A stretch of 64,000 nucleotides of DNA from an uncultured Pseudomonadota bacterium (GTDB taxonomy: Bacteria; Pseudomonadota; Alphaproteobacteria; RF32; CAG-239), in contig CASEZG010000003.1 in assembly GCA_949292375.1 (NCBI GenBank), forward strand, positions 5,510 to 69,509. Direction: 5' to 3'. Positions 28,780 to 38,282 of this stretch are shown here, piece by piece; position 1 is the first letter of the stretch; each line of letters begins with the position of its first letter. Position numbers and translations under genes: made by a program. Below the pieces are notes generated by a model, which had not been told where the DNA came from, searched no databases, and was given only the letters and a program-made list of their open reading frames with translations.

Positions 28780-29787
28780 ATGCGTAAAATTTTGGTTTTG
28801 GCAATAAGTGCTTTGTTTTTTGCTTCAAGTATTAAACAAAGTGTTGCGGCAGATGATGTTTATGTAGACCTTTCTGTTTTGGAAGAAATCGACAGTAGCG
28901 GTACATCTTCAGTGTACGGAAAACCAGAGCCTCTTTTCCCCGTAATCAAAAATACACCGCAGTTCCCGGTAGTGAAAAAAGCAGAAAAAAAGCCGGCAAA
29001 ATCCAAAGCAAGCAAAAAGCCTCAAACAAAGAAGACACCCAAAAAAGTAAAGACGCAAGAAAAGGGTGAGAAAATTGTTGCTTCGGAGAAAAAACAAAAT
29101 ATCGTACCTGAAGTTAAAAAGCCTGAAACAAACAAATCGGTAGAGAGCAAAACATCAACCTCTGTCGAGAAAAAAGTTCAGGAAGAAACGTTAGTCGTTC
29201 AGCCTCAGAAAAAAGCAGAGGAAGAGGCTAAGAATGTTAATGTTATAACAGAAGAGAAAAAAGAGCTGGCACCTCAATCAGAGCAAAAAGAGATGCCGTT
29301 TAAGCCAGAAACTCCGGCTCCCGCGGAAAAAATCACACCGGCTCCTGTCGCCGATGTTGTTGCAGCACCCGTCAATCAAGCTGAAACAGTGCAGAAAACA
29401 GAAACATCTGTAAGAGAGAACGCACCCAAAATAGAGCCGTTGGTTCAAGAAAATACAGCACCGAAGCAACAAACAAATGTTGAGCAGATAAAGCGGGAGA
29501 TTGTTTTCGCTGAAGGTTCTGATGAACTTGACGAGATTGCTAAAGAAAAAATAGATGCAATCATTGCCTCATTTGACAATGCTAAGGTCAACAAAATAGT
29601 CATTATGGCCTATAACTATGACAATGGTGAAGATGTTTTTCGTAAAAAAAGACAAAGTTTGAATCGAGCTATAGAGATTCGTTCGTATCTTCTGGGCAAG
29701 GGATACAAAAATTTCAGCATCAAAGTTATTAATATTACAGATGATGCAGCGAAAGGAAACATTGTCGAGATAGACGAGCTTAAGTAA
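28780..29787 (+). CDS. Secreted Lys/Pro/Glu-rich protein with C-terminal OmpA/MotB-like domain
   Basis: Signal peptide MRKILVLAISALFFASS..AADD, then a low-complexity K/P/E linker. The C-terminal ~100 aa carry an OmpA_C-like pattern (SLNRAIEIRSYLLGKGY). Confidence 0.7.
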   Translation: MRKILVLAISALFFASSIKQSVAADDVYVDLSVLEEIDSSGTSSVYGKPEPLFPVIKNTPQFPVVKKAEKKPAKSKASKKPQTKKTPKKVKTQEKGEKIVASEKKQNIVPEVKKPETNKSVESKTSTSVEKKVQEETLVVQPQKKAEEEAKNVNVITEEKKELAPQSEQKEMPFKPETPAPAEKITPAPVADVVAAPVNQAETVQKTETSVRENAPKIEPLVQENTAPKQQTNVEQIKREIVFAEGSDELDEIAKEKIDAIIASFDNAKVNKIVIMAYNYDNGEDVFRKKRQSLNRAIEIRSYLLGKGYKNFSIKVINITDDAAKGNIVEIDELK

Positions 29788-29890
29788 AAAAATTTAAAAA
29801 TATGTAAATTAATACTTGCCTAATTTGTAAGTCTAATGTATAAGGGCACTAAATTTATGTGTCATAAATTCAGTTTTTGGAGAAAATAAG

Positions 29891-30130
29891 ATGAAAAAAG
29901 GTATTCATCCTGATTATCACGAGATTACATATGTGATGACAGATGGTTCAGAATTCAAAACCAGATCTACTTGGGGTAAAGCTGGCGATAAGATGACTTT
30001 GGAACTTGATCCGAAGTCTCATCCGGCATGGACAGGTATCCATCGTATGGTCGATTCTGGTGGCCAGGTTTCTAAGTTCAACAGCAAGTTTGCTGCATTT
30101 GGCTTGAAACCGGATACTTCCGTAAAATAA
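29891..30130 (+). CDS. rpmE: 50S ribosomal protein L31
   Basis: [18 protein letters not shown] signature, 79 aa. Confidence 0.95.
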   Translation: MKKGIHPDYHEITYVMTDGSEFKTRSTWGKAGDKMTLELDPKSHPAWTGIHRMVDSGGQVSKFNSKFAAFGLKPDTSVK

Positions 30131-30153
30131 TTTTACAAGGTTTAATCTTTGTT

Positions 30154-30191
30154 AACCTGCACTTTGTTATAATAAGTGCAGGTTTTTTTTT
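30154..30191 (+). terminator. Rho-independent terminator after rpmE
   Basis: AACCTGCACTT..AAGTGCAGGTT stem followed by T9. Confidence 0.85.
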
Positions 30192-30211
30192 ATGTCTTGA
30201 AGAGAAGAAAA

Positions 30212-31807
30212 ATGGTCAAAATATCGCATTATGAAATTTATACGGATAGAGGAGATGGCTGGAAACTGGAAGACAGGTTTTCTAGTGATCAGCGTTATGA
30301 GGCCATGCGTATTGCTAAAGAGAGGGAATCTGAGAAAATTTCAGTAAAACTCTTAAAAGAAGATTTTGATGTTCAAGATAACTCCTATATTGAAACAGTT
30401 GAATATGTAAGTTTGGCCGGAAAAAAAGATAAAACAGGTTCAGATTACTCGTTAAGAGGAGGCTTGTCTTCCGCCAGCAGAAGCGGCGAATATAACATTG
30501 AAACGCAAGAGCCTTCAGGCCCCGTAAACGGTCAAAATGTTGTGACGGCAATATTCAAGCTTGTTGCAATAGTCGTCTTTTGCTTAATTTCAGCCAATAT
30601 ATTAGTAACATTATTAATCCCTGTAATAGAAATTACGGTTCCGGAACACCTCAAGCGAACTGTAATGTTTTTAACATTTTTCACCGTATTTTTGCTTTTT
30701 GCGGTGCCCTTGGTTCTGCGCAAAGTTCCTTGGTATGTATTTTCTTCGCGCAAGGTTCGCCGTAAAAAGATTATTCACGAGAAGAAGTTTTTTGATAAAG
30801 CGGATGCAATTCTGCAAATATACAATCTGAATGATAGTTATGAGCCGACATTGGCACCCGCATTTCCGGAGGCTCCTGCAGAGTTTAAGCGAAGTATTGT
30901 TGACTATATGAGTCAAATAATCTCAAATTTGGATGGAGAAGTAAATATAAGTGATAACTTTAACCGTTTGGGTGTTAAGTTAATTATTTATGGCGGAGTT
31001 TTAGAGTTATCCAGATACAATGGTTTGGGAATTACGCATGCTAACTCTATGTTGCATGAAGCCTTTGGCATATTGGATGGCGATATTGGTGATGTTGAAG
31101 CTTTTTATGAAGCCAAAAAAACCTATAAGGATAACAAAGTTGCCGTCTTTTTGACCGGCGTAGGTGCATATTTAATGGCGCAATTATTGGCCAACAGACC
31201 AATGGATACACATATTTTGAAAAAAACTTTTGCAAAGTGGGAAGCTCTTAATAAATATGCCGCAACAGACAACAACAAAAAAGAAAAACCGCAGGAAAAA
31301 CAAGAGCCGGACATTTTGCTAAAATGTTTTGTCGGTATAGAAAATAGGGTTCGTTTTTATGAAAATGATCAGCCGGGAGACAGGGAGGACTTTGCAAAAG
31401 TAAAGTCAGAAGTAGAGAATATAATTACGGAATTATCTGAAAAATTTGGCGGAGATGATGTCAAGAAGGATAATTACATAACATCAATAGAATTTACAAA
31501 ACTCAATCAGGCCGTCAGCTTTGTGAGCGAATTTTTTAAGAGCGTTTCGCTTTATGAAGACCAATTGAACAATACCAATCTTATTGTAGCTGACAAATGT
31601 TGTATTTTATCTTTGAGACAAGAGCAAGAAGAGCAATTATCGCTTTTTTTGCAGGATGTTCTTGAGCAAACCTACGATAATGAGATTATCGTAAATGAAG
31701 AGGTTAAGCGACAGCTGCAAGGCGAAAAATACAATTTCGAGTTCTTGGGAGAAAAAATATTGAATAAAACGGGAGCCGCAGAATCCTTATACAAAATAAT
31801 CGAATAA
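30212..31807 (+). CDS. Uncharacterised membrane protein (2 TM) with degenerate nucleotidyl-cyclase-like C-terminal pattern
   Basis: Start moved to MVKISHY because the longer ORF begins inside the rpmE terminator. Two hydrophobic helices lie around residues 120-185 of the 543-aa ORF-track translation. The C-terminus (LLKCFVGIEN..FGGDDVKKDNYITSIEF..AVSFVSEF) follows class III cyclase spacing but lacks the metal-binding Asp. Confidence 0.6.
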   Translation: MVKISHYEIYTDRGDGWKLEDRFSSDQRYEAMRIAKERESEKISVKLLKEDFDVQDNSYIETVEYVSLAGKKDKTGSDYSLRGGLSSASRSGEYNIETQEPSGPVNGQNVVTAIFKLVAIVVFCLISANILVTLLIPVIEITVPEHLKRTVMFLTFFTVFLLFAVPLVLRKVPWYVFSSRKVRRKKIIHEKKFFDKADAILQIYNLNDSYEPTLAPAFPEAPAEFKRSIVDYMSQIISNLDGEVNISDNFNRLGVKLIIYGGVLELSRYNGLGITHANSMLHEAFGILDGDIGDVEAFYEAKKTYKDNKVAVFLTGVGAYLMAQLLANRPMDTHILKKTFAKWEALNKYAATDNNKKEKPQEKQEPDILLKCFVGIENRVRFYENDQPGDREDFAKVKSEVENIITELSEKFGGDDVKKDNYITSIEFTKLNQAVSFVSEFFKSVSLYEDQLNNTNLIVADKCCILSLRQEQEEQLSLFLQDVLEQTYDNEIIVNEEVKRQLQGEKYNFEFLGEKILNKTGAAESLYKIIE

Positions 31808-31879
31808 AAACCATTAAAGTATTGTTATAAATGTTTTTTTATGATAATATATAAAATAGATTAGTAAGGAGTATTGACG

Positions 31880-32713
31880 ATGGCGACAACAGTAAGCACA
31901 ACCATACCGGCAGATACCAGTAATTTAGGTTATTGGGAGAAGACTGTCACGGATATGAATGATATTGATGAGGCCTTCGCAAATGCTCGTGATTTAGGGT
32001 ATACACGTCTGAATTATGCCCGTGTCAGCGTCGTAGGAAAATTATCAGAACATTATGACAGTGTGGATATGTATAAAATCCAACTTCAGTCAAATGGTGT
32101 CGTTTCCTTGTCTGTAAAAGGAGGAAACGCAGATAAAGACAAAGTTTTGGACTTGTCAAAATATGAGCAGAAACTTGATGAGTTAAAGCAAATTACGGAT
32201 CCGGAAGGCTGGGCAAAAGAGCAGGCTGAAAAGCTAGAAGCTGATGCTAATAAAGATTGGATGGCTGAATTGGCTCCTGGCTTAAAGGTTGAAGTATACA
32301 CCCTAAAAAAGAACGGTCAGGAAGTATTAATCGGAGATAGCTCTGCAGAGAAGGGAACAGAAACCAGAGATAACATTGATGCAATGTTTAGTGGTGAGTA
32401 TAAAGCTCAAAAAGATACAATGCTTTATATTAAAATCTCAAGAGATGATACGGTCGGAAAAAATGACGAGTTAGCCTATGTGATGCAGATACAGCAAGGT
32501 GACAAGTTCGTTCATGATTATGTGTCAAAAGAAAGTATCTCAGAAGATACAAAAAATAAAACGGAAACTAAAATTCCATTAACCCAAACCAGTGCCAGCA
32601 GCAGTCTATCAAGTGTAAATGCTCTGCAGATACAAGCAAGCAGATATGAGGCAACGGCGCAAATGTTGCAGGTCGGCTATTTAAATATGGCTGATATTTT
32701 AAGTAAGAAATAG
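31880..32713 (+). CDS. Hypothetical protein, PPC (pre-peptidase C-terminal)-like beta-sandwich pattern, no signal peptide
   Basis: AAGGAG Shine-Dalgarno 7 nt before ATG 31880. HYDSVDMYKIQLQSNGVVSLSV and GEYKAQKDTMLYIKI resemble the PPC D-x-D-x-Y-K-F and G-x-Y motifs. Confidence 0.55.
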   Translation: MATTVSTTIPADTSNLGYWEKTVTDMNDIDEAFANARDLGYTRLNYARVSVVGKLSEHYDSVDMYKIQLQSNGVVSLSVKGGNADKDKVLDLSKYEQKLDELKQITDPEGWAKEQAEKLEADANKDWMAELAPGLKVEVYTLKKNGQEVLIGDSSAEKGTETRDNIDAMFSGEYKAQKDTMLYIKISRDDTVGKNDELAYVMQIQQGDKFVHDYVSKESISEDTKNKTETKIPLTQTSASSSLSSVNALQIQASRYEATAQMLQVGYLNMADILSKK

Positions 32714-32819
32714 TTTAATTTAGCAAAAAATATCTTGTATAATCTGTAAACATTCTTTATTCTCTGGAGTAAAGAATGTTTTTTTTATGAGATAAATAAA
32801 AAGTAGAAAGGATAATAAA

Positions 32820-33437
32820 ATGACTGCGCCTTTGATGCCTAAAGCAACAGCAGTATGGCTGGTTGAAAACACAACCTTAACATTTCGTCAGATTGCTGAA
32901 TTTTGTGAACTTCATGAGCTTGAGATACAAGCTATTGCGGATGGCGATGTAGCGTTTAATATTTTGGGTGTAAGCCCTATTGAAACAGGTCAGTTGACAA
33001 TTGAAGAAATAAGACGTTGTGAGGCAGACAGAAAGGCTCTGCTTCAGGCAAATGAGCTGGAGCGGAATGTAAAAGCCAAAAACGCTAAAGCAAAAAAGAT
33101 GCTGTCTCCGTCCCAAAGAAGCGATAAGCCTTGTGCGATATTGTGGATAATAAAAAATTGTCCTGAAATTATCGATTCGCAGATTTGCAAATTGATAGGG
33201 ACCACCAAACCGACAATTGAAGCAATCCGAACAGGAAGTCATAAGGATATGGCAAATATCCGAGCCAAAAATCCGGTGGCTGTAGGCTTGTGTACGGAAA
33301 AGGACTTAGATAAAGCAATCAGCATATCAAAAGCCCGCACAACCAAAAAAGAAAAGCCTGTTAAAGAAAAAAAAGTGAAGGAGACTAAAGCAAAAAAAGA
33401 AAAAAAGGCTCCTGCAAAAAAGACTAAAAAGGCATAA
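32820..33437 (+). CDS. DUF1013 (TrcR-like) alphaproteobacterial protein with Lys-rich tail
   Basis: MPKATAVWLVENTTLTFRQIAEFC..HELEIQAIADG is the conserved DUF1013 N-terminus. The C-terminus is a KKEK-rich tail. Confidence 0.85.
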   Translation: MTAPLMPKATAVWLVENTTLTFRQIAEFCELHELEIQAIADGDVAFNILGVSPIETGQLTIEEIRRCEADRKALLQANELERNVKAKNAKAKKMLSPSQRSDKPCAILWIIKNCPEIIDSQICKLIGTTKPTIEAIRTGSHKDMANIRAKNPVAVGLCTEKDLDKAISISKARTTKKEKPVKEKKVKETKAKKEKKAPAKKTKKA

Positions 33438-33470
33438 AAAACAAGCCCCATAAATTGGGGCTTATTTTTT
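33436..33470. terminator. Bidirectional terminator between convergent genes
   Basis: AAGCCCCA-taaat-TGGGGCTT stem flanked by an A-run and a T-run. Confidence 0.8.
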
Positions 33471-34007
33471 TTACTCATTAGGGCGCAAACCAAATTTTTC
33501 AGTCACAACCAATCGCTCGTTTGTACTCATCTTCATCAGGTCAAAAGCCACCCTCGGATTTTCAGGAATTTTTCCTGTCTTTGCAATCTCTTTCAAATCG
33601 TTAATATAATCATCATATTTTTGCTTATATTCCGGAATTTTTGCTAATTCTTCTTTGTCATAGGCCATATATTGTGGCGCAACGGCAACGGTAACTTTTT
33701 CTTCTTTTGAGGATGGAGAAACATCTGTCTGAGTTTTTTCACTCAAATCTGTTTCTTGCGGAGCTTTGATAACAGTAATAATATCTTCCGTATTTTCAAG
33801 ATGTTCGGTGTTGCTTTTTTCCTTTGTGGGAAGTTTGGGGTAATAGTTGAACTCAGGCAGTTTTTCCGTATTATCCAAATCTTTTTCGGGAATAAAAAAG
33901 TTTGGCTTTAGTTGTTTGCGAACATAACGTCCGGGTTGGGACGCTTGAGTAATAATGCTAAAAGCCAGAAGAGCGGTTATGGCTGAAAATAAAAACAACT
34001 TTTGCAT
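33471..34007 (-). CDS. Hypothetical secreted protein
   Basis: Signal peptide MQKLFLFSAITALLAFSIITQA. No recognisable domain. Confidence 0.55.
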   Translation of the reverse strand: MQKLFLFSAITALLAFSIITQASQPGRYVRKQLKPNFFIPEKDLDNTEKLPEFNYYPKLPTKEKSNTEHLENTEDIITVIKAPQETDLSEKTQTDVSPSSKEEKVTVAVAPQYMAYDKEELAKIPEYKQKYDDYINDLKEIAKTGKIPENPRVAFDLMKMSTNERLVVTEKFGLRPNE

Positions 34008-34050
34008 AATTTCAACTCTATTTTAAGAAATCATCTATAAACTAGTCTAC

Positions 34051-34752
34051 ATGAAAAAACTTTTTTTTATATTAACTTTTTTGCTTTTTTTCTTGTGCTT
34101 CCAAAATAATGTTTGGGCGCAAACATCGGATTTGTGCGCAACCCTAAAAGCAGAGCCGGAAATAGTTTTTACCACGTCTTATGGCAAGCTCAGATATGAT
34201 TATAGCTACAATTTGCAAGAGCTGACCAGTTTAGGTCAACAATATAATATTGTTGAAAAAGGGCTCTTTGCATCAGGTTTGGCAATAGTCAGCGTCAATT
34301 GGGAGGTTTCGCTTGATACCATAAGTAAGATAATCGGAGATACCAATATCTGTGTGGTGCCGACCAAATTAAAAGTTTTTATAGGCTATCAAGACCCGAC
34401 GATTTACATCTCAAATCAATTATCGGCAGGGAGTTGCGAGTATAATGTCGTTGTCAGACATGAACAAACACATCACCAAATCAATACGGCGGCGTTGGAA
34501 TATTTTATTCCGTCATTGCGACAAGCTGTAGAAAAAATCGCAAAGGAAATTAAGGCGCGTCAAATAGATTCTCCATCAAAGATAGATGATGCGACAAATG
34601 CTTTGACCGAAGAATATATTGCAAACATTGAGCCCCTAATCCGCCATTTTAAGAGCGAATTACTCAAAGAGCAAGGTAAGTTAGACAACCAAATGAATTA
34701 TGCCATGGAAAGCAATCTTTGCCGACGTTTTAACGCGGAACATAAACGTTAA
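34051..34752 (+). CDS. Secreted putative Zn-metallopeptidase (DUF922-like, HExxH)
   Basis: Signal peptide and an HEQTH (HExxH) motif in VVRHEQTHHQI. Confidence 0.55.
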   Translation: MKKLFFILTFLLFFLCFQNNVWAQTSDLCATLKAEPEIVFTTSYGKLRYDYSYNLQELTSLGQQYNIVEKGLFASGLAIVSVNWEVSLDTISKIIGDTNICVVPTKLKVFIGYQDPTIYISNQLSAGSCEYNVVVRHEQTHHQINTAALEYFIPSLRQAVEKIAKEIKARQIDSPSKIDDATNALTEEYIANIEPLIRHFKSELLKEQGKLDNQMNYAMESNLCRRFNAEHKR

Positions 34753-34754
34753 AA

Positions 34755-35429
34755 TTATTCTTTTGATGTATTCGAAAGATATTCATCTAAAAAGCTGTTA
34801 ATCCCCTTATAAGCCTCATCAATATAAGTTTTATCTTTTGCCGAATTTGCATTGTAATAGATTCTGACAGTTGTCATGCCGAGTTCTTTAGCAAACTCAA
34901 GGTTAGAATAACTGTCATCCACAAAAACGCAATTTTTGGGGTCAACATTAATTTTTTTGCAAAGTTTTGCATAAACATCGGAACTTTCGTTTTTCTTGAC
35001 GGTGCCAAAATCTTCAACAGAATAGAAGCGTCCCTCAAAGAAATCATACAAACCGATATGCTTCAATATTTTCTCGCAAACTTCTCTTGTGCTTGTAGAG
35101 AAAATATATTGCTGATTAGGAAGAGCCTGAAGTTTTTCAAGCAGATTTTCATAAGGAACAATCGGAGAGATAGGTTTGCGTTTATGATAGGCCTGAAACA
35201 TAGCCTCAGGGTCAATACCATATTGCTTTACGAAGATTTCTCCGCCGTCACGGTAAGTCATATAGGACTCCTTAACCTTGGCTTTAGCTTCAGCCAAATC
35301 AAGAGGAATGCCCAAATCCTTAACGGCGGCAATAGCTGTTGCCTCGTCAAGCATGTCGGCAAATTCCGGCGTAATTCGATACAAGGTATTATCCAAATCC
35401 CAAATGATAACTTTACCTGTAAGCGTCAC
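34755..35429 (-). CDS. HAD-superfamily hydrolase (pyrimidine 5'-nucleotidase-like)
   Basis: DLDNTLY motif I, and motifs S-T-S and DDS downstream. Start placed at GTG 35429, which is preceded by GGGAGA. The longest ORF extends to 35528. Confidence 0.8.
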   Translation of the reverse strand: MTLTGKVIIWDLDNTLYRITPEFADMLDEATAIAAVKDLGIPLDLAEAKAKVKESYMTYRDGGEIFVKQYGIDPEAMFQAYHKRKPISPIVPYENLLEKLQALPNQQYIFSTSTREVCEKILKHIGLYDFFEGRFYSVEDFGTVKKNESSDVYAKLCKKINVDPKNCVFVDDSYSNLEFAKELGMTTVRIYYNANSAKDKTYIDEAYKGINSFLDEYLSNTSKE

Positions 35430-35602
35430 TTCATATTCTCCCAAAAATTCTTCATCAAACCCAACAATAGTAACATATAAGAGGCATTCGTCAACCCCAA
35501 AATAAGCCAACAGAATGTTTCCCATCAAGACTTGAATAAGTTATGTCAAGACATATATCAATTGGTGCAAATTAAACATAAATTCAGAAAAAGGGAAAAA
35601 TT

Positions 35603-35926
35603 ATGAAAAAACTTTTAGCAACATTAGGAATTTCTGTTTTGGCCTTAGCAGCCTGCAACAGTCACCATGCCAACGCACAGTCTCAGATGTCCAATTCTGC
35701 AACAAATGCCGATTCGTCAGGCGTTATGGTCGTTGAAGAAGAATATGAGGCCGTCGTAGCAACTCCAGCCGATACACAGCCTGCATCTTCGCCCGCAGAT
35801 AATTCTAATATGAATAATGCGTCAAATGCTTCAGCTGACAATAATCCAACTATGGTAACAGAAGCGGTATCGGAAACAGTTACACCGAACGCAGTTTCTT
35901 ATGAGGCGGAAGAGATAGCTGATTAA
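35603..35926 (+). CDS. Hypothetical lipoprotein, Ser/Asn/Ala-rich
   Basis: Lipobox LALAAC. Low-complexity mature part. Confidence 0.6.
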   Translation: MKKLLATLGISVLALAACNSHHANAQSQMSNSATNADSSGVMVVEEEYEAVVATPADTQPASSPADNSNMNNASNASADNNPTMVTEAVSETVTPNAVSYEAEEIAD

Positions 35927-35964
35927 ATGAAAAAATAAAGCCTCGTTTTAGCGAGGCTTTATTT

Positions 35965-36492
35965 TTAGAAGTTTTCCATAGCGTAAACGTCCTTAACAAC
36001 CCAAGCTCCGCTTTTGTTGCTTAAGACGTAAATAATGTTGCCCTCGCATAAGCCAAACCACATACCATTGCATGTGCTTTCTGTATAAACTTCAATCATA
36101 TTAGCATCAATCGGCTTAATTTTGGTAATTTTAAAGCTCATTTCAGTAGGACGTTGCAAACTTTCGTCATCCATAAAGACAAATTTCGGCAACTTGTTTT
36201 TTGCGCATTCGCTATCCTTGAAGTTAAGCGTGCATTTCATATAAAGGTCAATGGCGCAAGCCACCTCGCTTCCTTTGTCACAGCCTTTTAGGGTTTCTCC
36301 AAGTTTATAAGTGTAAGTTGTTTCTTCAAATTTAATATCAAAATTGGGCTGAACCACAACTTGTTCTCCCTCTTCCAAAGCAGCTTCAAGAGGAAGATTT
36401 TCAGGGCTTTGCTGGTCATCTTGTTTGTCGGAACAAGCACTAACCAAAAGCAAAGCGGCAAACAACATCAAAAACTTATTCATCATTCCCAC
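35965..36492 (-). CDS. Hypothetical lipoprotein
   Basis: Lipobox LLVSAC. Confidence 0.6.
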   Translation of the reverse strand: MGMMNKFLMLFAALLLVSACSDKQDDQQSPENLPLEAALEEGEQVVVQPNFDIKFEETTYTYKLGETLKGCDKGSEVACAIDLYMKCTLNFKDSECAKNKLPKFVFMDDESLQRPTEMSFKITKIKPIDANMIEVYTESTCNGMWFGLCEGNIIYVLSNKSGAWVVKDVYAMENF

Positions 36493-36499
36493 CCCTTAA

Positions 36500-37054
36500 C
36501 TAGAAAGTATAACGCACACCGGCAGAATATTCCATCATGTGGTCAATATCATCAATTTGGTTAAAGTTAACATATCTGGCCACCATACGAACTCCCCAGT
36601 TTTGGTCAATATTGTACAAGGCACCGACACCAGCTCTCCAACCGATTCCATGATCGCGCTGGTCTTTTGCAAAGGAATAATCTTTGCTGAATGTATATTC
36701 ACCGAAACCAACCGTTCCCAAGAGGTTGAACGAACTATAGCAGTCAAGCGGCATATACCCGTACAAATCTAAGCCATAAGCCTGAAAAGATGTTTTTGTT
36801 TTATCAAGACCATTATGAGACTTGTGGTTGTCGGAGAGTTGATAAAAAACCTCTGTCCCGAAATATTTATTATACCAAGTACCGACATTAACCGAAGCAG
36901 AATTATAATGCGGACGCATAAATTTTGCATTGGTGTCGGAATAAGTATAATCCAAACCGACGTAAGGGATATATTCACCATCTTGAGCAAAGGATGAAAA
37001 AGCAGAAAGGACACCTAAAGCAAGAGTTGTAATAAAAACTTTTTTCATAATCAA
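36500..37054 (-). CDS. Small outer-membrane beta-barrel protein (OmpW/OmpA-barrel-like)
   Basis: Signal peptide, alternating-hydrophobic strands and an aromatic C-terminus (..GVRYTF). Confidence 0.7.
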   Translation of the reverse strand: MIMKKVFITTLALGVLSAFSSFAQDGEYIPYVGLDYTYSDTNAKFMRPHYNSASVNVGTWYNKYFGTEVFYQLSDNHKSHNGLDKTKTSFQAYGLDLYGYMPLDCYSSFNLLGTVGFGEYTFSKDYSFAKDQRDHGIGWRAGVGALYNIDQNWGVRMVARYVNFNQIDDIDHMMEYSAGVRYTF

Positions 37055-37196
37055 ATTCCCGGATAATTATTAAACTAAATCTAATATAACGAAGATTTAA
37101 CAAAAATAAAGTAATTTATAAACAGTTGTTGCATATAAATATGTTGAGCGTATGGCCGTTTGGTGTTATAACTAAGAAGATATAAGGGAGATATGC

Positions 37197-37742
37197 ATGA
37201 GAAGAGACGGAGACGAGCGAGGGGCAACATTGATTGAAATTCTTATGGTGCTTGGCATCGTGGGTGCGTTTTCGGTAAGCATAGCAACTTTGATAAATTC
37301 TATGTATGATCGTTATCGCGTAAGTCGCGTCGGCGGTCAAATAGCAGAACTCAAAAAAGTTATAAATAACCGTTACATAGCAGATGGTCGATATAACAAC
37401 GTTTCTGTTTCAACCCTGATAAATGAAGGTATAGCTCCCAAAGATATGGTAAGTAACAATAAGTTGTTTCACGCATATAGCGGAGAGGTTCGCGTGGTAG
37501 GCAATACGGACAATTTTGAAATTGCTTTTACAAATCTACCACAGAAAATATGCGTAGAGTTGGGTATAATTGATTGGGTGGTTGATAACTCGTCTGATTT
37601 GGTAAGTATGAGTATTAACGGAAATGGTTTTAACTGGCCATGGGTCGCGGTTGCAAATAAAACCCTGCCTGCGCAAATGGCAGATGTGGCCGCTGCTTGT
37701 AAAGAAGGCGATGGCAATACGATAAAATGGAACTTTCAATAA
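37197..37742 (+). CDS. Type IV pilin-like / pseudopilin protein
   Basis: Prepilin-type N-terminus: G|ATLIEILMVLGIVGAF with Glu at +5 after a short basic leader. Two C-terminal Cys (KICVEL .. AAACKEG) could form a D-region disulfide. Confidence 0.7.
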   Translation: MRRDGDERGATLIEILMVLGIVGAFSVSIATLINSMYDRYRVSRVGGQIAELKKVINNRYIADGRYNNVSVSTLINEGIAPKDMVSNNKLFHAYSGEVRVVGNTDNFEIAFTNLPQKICVELGIIDWVVDNSSDLVSMSINGNGFNWPWVAVANKTLPAQMADVAAACKEGDGNTIKWNFQ

Positions 37743-37754
37743 CGGAGAGCGAAA

Positions 37755-38177
37755 GTGATAAAAGTCAATGATGTTAACAAGACCGGAGATTTAAGCAATA
37801 CCTCCAAGGCTAAAAAAAACAGCGGCGGAGAAAGCTTTTCGCTTTACTTGAAGGAAACGATGAAGCCGGCATCTAATCCGGTAGGCGGCACCACGGGAAT
37901 AGCTGTCGCAGACGCTATTTTTGCCGCGCAAATGGTGGATGGCGAAGAGGAAAAAGCAAAGCGCAAACAAATGCTCAAACGAGGCAATACTTTGCTGGAA
38001 AAACTGGAAGAGATAAGAGATGGCTTGCTGATGGGCTATATTTCTAAAGACAAACTGATAGAAATATCTCGTTATGTAAAAGAAACCAAAATAAACACCG
38101 CAGATGAACAATTAGCTGAATTAATCGGCGAAATTGAGCTGCGGGTAGAGGTTGAGCTGGCAAAACTGATGAAATAA
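37755..38177 (+). CDS. fliX: Class II flagellar assembly regulator FliX
   Basis: GTG start with GGAGAG Shine-Dalgarno. Aligns with Caulobacter FliX (GGESFSL.., ..RKQMLKRGNTLLEKLEEIRDGLLMG.., C-terminal ELRVEVELAKL). Confidence 0.8.
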   Translation: MIKVNDVNKTGDLSNTSKAKKNSGGESFSLYLKETMKPASNPVGGTTGIAVADAIFAAQMVDGEEEKAKRKQMLKRGNTLLEKLEEIRDGLLMGYISKDKLIEISRYVKETKINTADEQLAELIGEIELRVEVELAKLMK

Positions 38178-38282
38178 CTGTGGTTTATTCGTTTTTTTGC
38201 TTGCAGTTAATAATTGAAGTCTGTATTTTGCTTGCTAGATAAAGAACCTCGCTAATAACAAATAAATCCAAGGAGACCGAAA

